DNA of 64,000 nucleotides from Bacilli bacterium (GTDB lineage: Bacteria > Bacillota_I > Bacilli_A > RF39 > UBA660), in the NCBI GenBank assembly GCA_017411405.1, contig JAFQQE010000015.1, forward strand, positions 25,204 to 89,203. The letters are read 5' to 3'. The notes beneath the pieces are model-generated. The model was given only the letters and a program-made list of their open reading frames with translations. It had not been told where the DNA came from and ran no database searches. This document shows positions 57,878-64,000 of the stretch, piece after piece. Made by a program: the position numbers and the translations under genes. Position 1 is the stretch's first letter. The number at the start of each line of letters is the position of its first letter.

Positions 57878-58614
57878 AATAGATCCACCAATTCTTTATT
57901 ATTTAAATGTTCTTCATTTATAAGTTCATAACTCTTTAACATATTATTTAAATCATATATAAAAGGTAAAGATAGCCCTAATGATTTAAATAATTTTTCA
58001 TCAAGTAACACTTCTTTTACATAATCATACTTTAAAACATTCTCTTTATTATAAACTAATACTTTATCAAATAATAAACAATCTTCTAAGTCACTTAATA
58101 TAGATATTAATGTTATATTATGATCTTTAATATAATTTAAAATCCTCATTTTCTTATCATTACTTAAATAAGTTAATAAATCATCTATACAAAATAAACT
58201 AGGATTAATAATTAATAAAGATAAAATCTTAATATATATTCTATCTTCTATACTAAGCTCATTAAAGTCGATATCAATAATACTTTCTAATTTAAAATAA
58301 ATTATAAAATCATCTAATCTTGAAGTTATTTCATAAACATTATATTTTAATAATTCTAAATAATATTTTAATTCATTTCTAGGATTAAAAGTACTATACT
58401 TATTATCATTAAATACACATAATATATTGTTTTTCTTATATTCTAATTCAAAGTCTTTTATATCTTTATCATCTAAATACAAATAATCTCTATTACATTT
58501 CCCTGATATATTTTTTATAAAAGTAGTTTTACCACATGAATTCGGACCAACAATACTTATTAATTCACCAGATTTTATATTTATATCTAATTTCTTAAAA
58601 TAAATGTTTTTCAT
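57868..58614 (-). CDS. EcfA-like ABC ATPase homologue with partly degenerate catalytic motifs
   Basis: 248 aa. Walker A is intact (GPNSCGKTTF). The signature reads LSIEDR, Walker B reads LFCIDDL and the H-loop reads ISILSDL. The C-terminal LFKSLGLSLPFIYDLNNMLKSY resembles the EcfA C-terminal helix region. Confidence 0.65.
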   Translation of the reverse strand: MKNIYFKKLDINIKSGELISIVGPNSCGKTTFIKNISGKCNRDYLYLDDKDIKDFELEYKKNNILCVFNDNKYSTFNPRNELKYYLELLKYNVYEITSRLDDFIIYFKLESIIDIDFNELSIEDRIYIKILSLLIINPSLFCIDDLLTYLSNDKKMRILNYIKDHNITLISILSDLEDCLLFDKVLVYNKENVLKYDYVKEVLLDEKLFKSLGLSLPFIYDLNNMLKSYELINEEHLNNKELVDLLWK

Positions 58615-58691
58615 CCAAAATCACGCCCTTTATTAAGCTAATTATATCACTAAAAATTATACGTGTAAATTAAAAAAAGAGTATACTATAC

Positions 58692-60341
58692 TCACTTTAG
58701 ACTTACTACATAATATCTACCAAATTCTTTAATATCTACCTTAGATTTATCAAAATACTGTAAATCATAATAAGTAACAACATACTCTGCATCTTCCTCA
58801 TAATCTATATTTATACTATCAATATTTTTTATATTATATTTTTCTTTAAAAGAAAGTCCATCTTCCATTACCAAACCTCTATAATATTTAGAATCTATTT
58901 CTAAATAAAATAAAGTTAATATCTCAGCTACATCATATGAACTTTGACTTTGTACATAAGGTGTAATATAAAACTTTTTTGAATCACTTGTCTTTAAAGA
59001 CAATATAGCATTTTTAAAATCTTTAAAGAATACATCCCCTATAGTTTCACTATAAGAAGTAAAATAAGTATATCCAAACATTATAAATGCACATAAATAA
59101 ACTAATAAAATACTCCATTTAAAACGTTTTAAATATTGCATAATAAAATACACACCAATAGAACTTATTATAATAATAGGATAATATATAATATTAAGTC
59201 TATTTATATTTACCTCATTAGTCGCTATGCCACACCAAAAACTTGTTAATAATAATATAAAAATAATCTTAGACCCACTAGACTTTTTATATTTTTTAAA
59301 TAAAACATAACAACCAATAATTATAAATGGGATAGTAAAATAATACAATGTCCCAAAACCTTCAATATAGTTCCATGGAGCTTCATAAGCATGTATAATG
59401 ATAACATTTATAAAATATATTATATTAATAATTAATTGAGATAAAATATTATCTGAAAAGAATAATATATCTTTAGAACGCGTACTACTTTCAAAAAAAG
59501 GTATTGTAAAAAACGGAGTCTTAATAGTGTCAATTTTCAAGAAATTTATAACCATAGTTAGAATAAAAGGCCATGCAACTAAAATGTAAATAATAAAAGA
59601 TATAAATGCATCTTTTATAGTAATTTTCTTAGTTTTTATTAAATAAATACAAGTAGCTAACAAAAATACAGGTATTGTATAAATAGAAATACCATAACAA
59701 TACATAGATAACCCAAATAATATCATAGATATCCACAAATATACTTTTTTAGATAATCCCTTATTTAAAAAATATACTCCCATAATAATAAAATGAGGAA
59801 ATAAATTACAATCTAAAATCCATCTACTTTGCATAATATGCCATGGATTGATCGAAGTCATAAAAAGAACTATTAAAGCAACATTTTTTCCGAATACATC
59901 TTTAGAGAATAAATATAAACAAATCATAGAAATAATACTGATAATTAAAATAGGTAATCTTACAACAATAATAGAAAAACCAAATATTTTAACAAATAAA
60001 GCAACCATATAAGATAGCAGCGAACTCATCTGTCCATAACCCCAAGCAGTTAAATGGACTGGCATAAACATTCCATATCTATCAGTACCGTATTCTGCTA
60101 AAGCTATACCATCTACAACAGCCATTGCTCCATCTTGATTAAAACCATCTGGTACACTTCCAAATTTATAAACTCTAATAAATATCCCAATTAATAAAAT
60201 AAAACAAAATAAAATTTTATAACACTTATTAGAACACAATTTCTTTTCTCTTATTTTTTTATTATTCGATAACGTTTTATATAAAATAAATAAACTTAAA
60301 AACATAAAAATAATTGTAAAAAAATAATTAAAAACTTTCAT
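58692..60341 (-). CDS. glycosyltransferase family 39 (PMT_2/ArnT-like) membrane protein
   Basis: Polytopic. FGSVPDGFNQDGAMAVVDGIALAEYGTDRYG resembles the GT39 first-loop motif. AAGAGG RBS precedes the ATG at 60341. Confidence 0.75.
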   Translation of the reverse strand: MKVFNYFFTIIFMFLSLFILYKTLSNNKKIREKKLCSNKCYKILFCFILLIGIFIRVYKFGSVPDGFNQDGAMAVVDGIALAEYGTDRYGMFMPVHLTAWGYGQMSSLLSYMVALFVKIFGFSIIVVRLPILIISIISMICLYLFSKDVFGKNVALIVLFMTSINPWHIMQSRWILDCNLFPHFIIMGVYFLNKGLSKKVYLWISMILFGLSMYCYGISIYTIPVFLLATCIYLIKTKKITIKDAFISFIIYILVAWPFILTMVINFLKIDTIKTPFFTIPFFESSTRSKDILFFSDNILSQLIINIIYFINVIIIHAYEAPWNYIEGFGTLYYFTIPFIIIGCYVLFKKYKKSSGSKIIFILLLTSFWCGIATNEVNINRLNIIYYPIIIISSIGVYFIMQYLKRFKWSILLVYLCAFIMFGYTYFTSYSETIGDVFFKDFKNAILSLKTSDSKKFYITPYVQSQSSYDVAEILTLFYLEIDSKYYRGLVMEDGLSFKEKYNIKNIDSINIDYEEDAEYVVTYYDLQYFDKSKVDIKEFGRYYVVSLK

Positions 60342-60467
60342 AATAAACCTCTTTACTATATAATTTAATAATACCATAAAAATAAAAAAAAGAAACAAAA
60401 TTAAATTTGTTTCTCAAGTATTAACCCACAATATTTTTTAATTCAAACATCAAATTAATTTAATATC

Positions 60468-60502
60468 GCAGAATAAAGTACTCAGTTAATACTCGTGAGT
60501 AC
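60468..60502 (-). terminator. possible rho-independent terminator after the yihY-like gene
   Basis: Minus strand reads GTACTCA-11 nt-TGAGTAC followed by TTTATTCT. The loop is rather large. Confidence 0.4.
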
Positions 60503-60516
60503 AATATTATTATTTA

Positions 60517-61407
60517 CTATGTTTCATTATTTATTATACCAGTTTTTTCCAACTCATGATTTTCTACTTTAACATTCAAACATAAACCTATTACAAATAT
60601 ATAACATAACCAATATATCCATAACATTAATATTGCTAAACTACTTAAGCTTCCATAATACATATCATATCTATTAAAATTATTAATCCATCCACTATAT
60701 AAATATGTTGCTAAAACCCAAAATACAGTTGTAAATAAAGCACCTAAATTGAAACCTTTATGATCTACATTTTTATCAGGAGCCATAACATATATAGATT
60801 TAACAAAATAATATATAACTATCCAAGTAATAGGTCCTCTTATTACAGCAAGAATTGGATCTAATACTGCTTTAATATTAAAATAATCAAAACTAGATAT
60901 AATCTTATTACCTAATAAAGGTACCAACAAGATAAAAATATATAATACACATAGTAAAATAGTCATAACTATTGCTTTTATTTCTCTTTTTATAACACTC
61001 TTTTGCTTAATACCATATATTTGATTGCTTGCAACAATAATAGAATTAGCACCATTAGCAGCGATAAAACACATAACTAAGATAACTGTCAAATATTTAA
61101 AACTAAATTCTTGCCCAATAATATTAGGTACAATCCAATCAAACTTAACTGTACTAAATATTTGTTCTAAAAATTCAATAAAACTAGCTTCAGTAACCCC
61201 CATAAGACTGCCTATCCAAGTTACTATGGATATTAAAGGTACAAAACTCATTATTATAAAGAAAGCCAAATGCCCTGGTAATACCATCATCTCTGGCTTC
61301 TTTATAATTTCCCAAACTTTCCCAAAAAAATCTTTAAAATATTTTTTGTTTTTTCTAAATATTTTACTTAATAATTCAAATATTTTATTCTTCATCTTCA
61401 TCCTCAA
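60517..61407 (-). CDS. YihY/BrkB (virulence factor BrkB) family membrane protein
   Basis: 296 aa with 6 TM helices and a YihY-like pattern (GHLAFFIIMSFVPL ... YGSLSSLAILMLWIYW). The start is uncertain among ATGs at 61407, 61401 and 61395. Confidence 0.8.
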   Translation of the reverse strand: MRMKMKNKIFELLSKIFRKNKKYFKDFFGKVWEIIKKPEMMVLPGHLAFFIIMSFVPLISIVTWIGSLMGVTEASFIEFLEQIFSTVKFDWIVPNIIGQEFSFKYLTVILVMCFIAANGANSIIVASNQIYGIKQKSVIKREIKAIVMTILLCVLYIFILLVPLLGNKIISSFDYFNIKAVLDPILAVIRGPITWIVIYYFVKSIYVMAPDKNVDHKGFNLGALFTTVFWVLATYLYSGWINNFNRYDMYYGSLSSLAILMLWIYWLCYIFVIGLCLNVKVENHELEKTGIINNET

Positions 61408-63421
61408 AAGTCTTCTTATTTTCTCTCATTTGTAAAGTTGCTTCATTAAATGCATCTTCTATTAATTTTAAATCATCATTAATCATACTAAATCCAACAG
61501 CTACACCGTATTCATATGGTAAATCTTTAAATTCTTTTAATAATTTTTTAATATAACTAATAACTTGTTTTTCACTATATCCAACTAAATATATCATAAA
61601 CTCATTACCATCAGTTCTTATTAATTCTGTATTTTCTAATTGAGTTTTAAATAATATATTCGCAGCTGCTTTAATTTGTTTATCTCCTTCTTCATGACCA
61701 AAAGTATCATTTAAATATTTTACATTATTTAAATCTAAAACAATTACACCTTGTGGATAAACAGTATTTTGATTCCATATCTCTATTCTATCATTTAAAT
61801 AATTTCTATTCTTTAAACTAGTTAACATATCTACATATCTAATTTTTTCATTATTTTTAACTTTAGTATTTAAAACTATTTTCTTTTTATTTCTTATAAT
61901 TAAATATACACCAATTAATATAACTATAATAAGCAAAATAATATATTTAGCAAGTTTTACTGATCTGCTTCCTGCTTCATAAGTTTCAAAATATTCATGT
62001 AAACTATTATCAATAACTTCTTTAGGATTCAAAGTATTAACATAACTTCTAAATAATCTATAGAAAACATCATTATTATTCTTATAATTAAATGTATAAG
62101 TTTTATTAATTGTATCACTTAATATAATATGTACTTCATTCAAACTATCTATTAAATAATTATCATAATATAACTTATCAACTATAACTACATTATCTTT
62201 ATTAATAATTCTTTTAATTTTACTAGTTTTATCAAATGTTTTAACTGTTATATTTTTAAAATTACTTAAATAATTATATAATAATGAATTTTCTTCTACA
62301 TATATAATTCCTTCATAAGCATTTAAACTATCAATATTAATACTTATTTTTCTATTACTAATTAAATAATAATTAATTGGTAGATTTACATTAATATTAT
62401 TATAATTTCTATCATAATTATACATGTTAAAATATAAATCTACTTTTTTCTTATCTATATCATATTTTAAATTATTAAAGTTTTTAACTTTGTTATATTT
62501 AAATTCTATTTCACTAAATTCTGTAAACTTATTTAAATATTCACTAACTATACCTGTAAAATTACCACGTGATAATAATTGGTAAGGTTGACTAACAACA
62601 TATTCAAAACTATAAGTTTTATCAGTTAAAGCATCCTCTTCTATATCAGTTATATTTAAACACTTTATAAATAAATCATAATTATTATCATTATAACTAT
62701 CATTATATTCTTCTTTCATCCAATTATTATAGTATTTTGTAACTATAGAATTTAATGTTTTATCATTACTTAAATGTAAATAATAATATACTTTAGCATC
62801 ATTAAAGAAATAACTTACATTATAATTTAAAGATATAACTTTATCTTTATATCTATTTAAAGGAACAATAATATAATCCACTTCTTTATCTTTAAAACCA
62901 GTAAATAAAGCATCGCTACTATCATAAGTCTTTATAGTACCACTAATATTATAATAAGTACTAACATAACTTAAATCAGTTGATATTATACCTATATTTT
63001 TATTATTTAAACTATCTAAATCTACTATAGTATTATTATCTTGACTTACTAATACATAATAATCAACATACATTAATAAATCTCTATTATCATAGTTAGT
63101 AGAAACATTAAAACCAAACGAATCATTTGAAGAATCTACAGAATATACAGTACTATTTAATTTCAAACCTAATTCTTCATCTAAATCAGATATAAAATCA
63201 AAATAAACTCCATTACCACTTTTACCAAAAACATTAACATCATTTGGAACATATACAGTATATACACTATTTTTATTATTATTTATCCAAGTTTTTTCAC
63301 TTATTGTTAAATTATTTTCATCTTTAAACAATTTAAAAAAAGCAAATATTATCCCACCTATAACAACTATAGTTAGTGAAATAATTAAAACTATCTTTTT
63401 AATATTTTTCATCTTACTCAC
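61385..63421 (-). CDS. membrane sensor protein with large extracytoplasmic domain and degenerate GGDEF domain
   Basis: 678 aa. TM helix, then a ~450-aa extracytoplasmic region, a second TM helix, then a GGDEF fold (DMLTSLKNRNYL, DLNNVKYLNDTFGHEEGD). The signature position reads RTDGNEF instead of GG(D/E)EF. Confidence 0.8.
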   Translation of the reverse strand: MSKMKNIKKIVLIISLTIVVIGGIIFAFFKLFKDENNLTISEKTWINNNKNSVYTVYVPNDVNVFGKSGNGVYFDFISDLDEELGLKLNSTVYSVDSSNDSFGFNVSTNYDNRDLLMYVDYYVLVSQDNNTIVDLDSLNNKNIGIISTDLSYVSTYYNISGTIKTYDSSDALFTGFKDKEVDYIIVPLNRYKDKVISLNYNVSYFFNDAKVYYYLHLSNDKTLNSIVTKYYNNWMKEEYNDSYNDNNYDLFIKCLNITDIEEDALTDKTYSFEYVVSQPYQLLSRGNFTGIVSEYLNKFTEFSEIEFKYNKVKNFNNLKYDIDKKKVDLYFNMYNYDRNYNNINVNLPINYYLISNRKISINIDSLNAYEGIIYVEENSLLYNYLSNFKNITVKTFDKTSKIKRIINKDNVVIVDKLYYDNYLIDSLNEVHIILSDTINKTYTFNYKNNNDVFYRLFRSYVNTLNPKEVIDNSLHEYFETYEAGSRSVKLAKYIILLIIVILIGVYLIIRNKKKIVLNTKVKNNEKIRYVDMLTSLKNRNYLNDRIEIWNQNTVYPQGVIVLDLNNVKYLNDTFGHEEGDKQIKAAANILFKTQLENTELIRTDGNEFMIYLVGYSEKQVISYIKKLLKEFKDLPYEYGVAVGFSMINDDLKLIEDAFNEATLQMRENKKTFEDEDEE

Positions 63422-63905
63422 CTATTACATAATTAGTCCATCTAATTACGGCATTTTCATTTTTTAAATATCCCATTATTGGAAAATTATCTTCTACTTC
63501 TTTATCATTATTAGAAACTATAAATTGTAAATCATAAAAATTCTTTATATCATCACCAAATACTTCTAAAGAAGCTTGAGCAATTGACTCTGCATCAGAA
63601 TGACTTCCAGTAGTTAAAGAAATCATAACATATACTAATTTACCTTTTATATCTATTTCTACACTACTTACTTTTTCATTAGATTTTATAGATTCTTCTA
63701 TTTCATTAATCTTTTCACTATTTATAGGTATGCTTTCAATACCTTCTAATCTATTACCATATTTATCTTGATTAGTTTGATTAATAAAATATAATATAAT
63801 ACCAACCATAATAGAAATAATACACACTACAGAAATAATCATTAATATAGAATATACTCTATTTCTTCTATAAAAATCTCTTAATTTTTTAAACATTAAA
63901 TCCAC
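63414..63905 (-). CDS. membrane-anchored hypothetical protein
   Basis: 163 aa with one TM helix. Its 3' end overlaps the start of the GGDEF gene by 8 nt. Confidence 0.55.
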   Translation of the reverse strand: MDLMFKKLRDFYRRNRVYSILMIISVVCIISIMVGIILYFINQTNQDKYGNRLEGIESIPINSEKINEIEESIKSNEKVSSVEIDIKGKLVYVMISLTTGSHSDAESIAQASLEVFGDDIKNFYDLQFIVSNNDKEVEDNFPIMGYLKNENAVIRWTNYVIGE

Positions 63906-64000
63906 CTCTTCGTAAATACATTATACAATATAATTAATAACTAATCAATTTTAAAAAAACATATTGAAATATAATATTCGATATGATACGATCAACTTAG

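Noticed and set aside
61025-61435. 136-aa plus-strand ORF
   Set aside because: It is antisense to the YihY-family gene and to the end of the GGDEF gene. It has no independent support.
1-64000. Search for CRISPR arrays, rRNA genes, transposases/IS elements, reverse transcriptases and prophage structural genes
   Set aside because: I saw no regularly spaced direct repeats with unique spacers. No ORF has recombinase, transposase, reverse-transcriptase, capsid or terminase motifs. The only tandem repeats are the collagen 54-mers, the 12-mers at 12751 and the 18-mers at 53483.

Overview
Very AT-rich Bacillota (Firmicutes)-type chromosomal segment. About 85% of the credible genes lie on the minus strand. 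Most of the window is conserved housekeeping in Bacillus-like synteny blocks: pheS-pheT behind a Phe T-box leader, lysS, ung, rlmH, dnaB-rplI, rpsF-ssb-rpsR, nusG-secE-sigH-like-rlmB-mrnC, trxB, lgt, uvrA, dusB and truA. Envelope genes include two LtaS-family enzymes, GT2 and GT39 glycosyltransferases, an M23/LysM peptidase and an S41 peptidase. Spore-surface-type genes are also present (GerQ-like, and a collagen-like protein next to a GT2-TPR glycosyltransferase). The clearest accessory region is about 12.4-23.2 kb. A tRNA-Gly(GCC) at 19944-20018 is preceded by a roughly 7.3-kb block of mostly plus-strand orphan genes. Three same-orientation, decayed copies of the tRNA 3' half divide this block, and no integrase is visible. 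Its left module is a 3.0-kb cassette bounded by 36-bp direct repeats (34/36 identical) that carries a LysR regulator, a Nudix-fusion protein and a small P-loop ATPase. I consider this the best candidate for an undescribed system. The middle module carries an Abi-alpha (DUF4393) gene. To the right of the tRNA lie a decayed Nudix pseudogene and a zinc-ribbon membrane protein coupled to a Panacea-domain protein. No CRISPR array, rRNA, transposase or prophage structural genes were seen. All family calls rest on motifs read by eye, coordinates of small features were hand-counted, and no database search was run.
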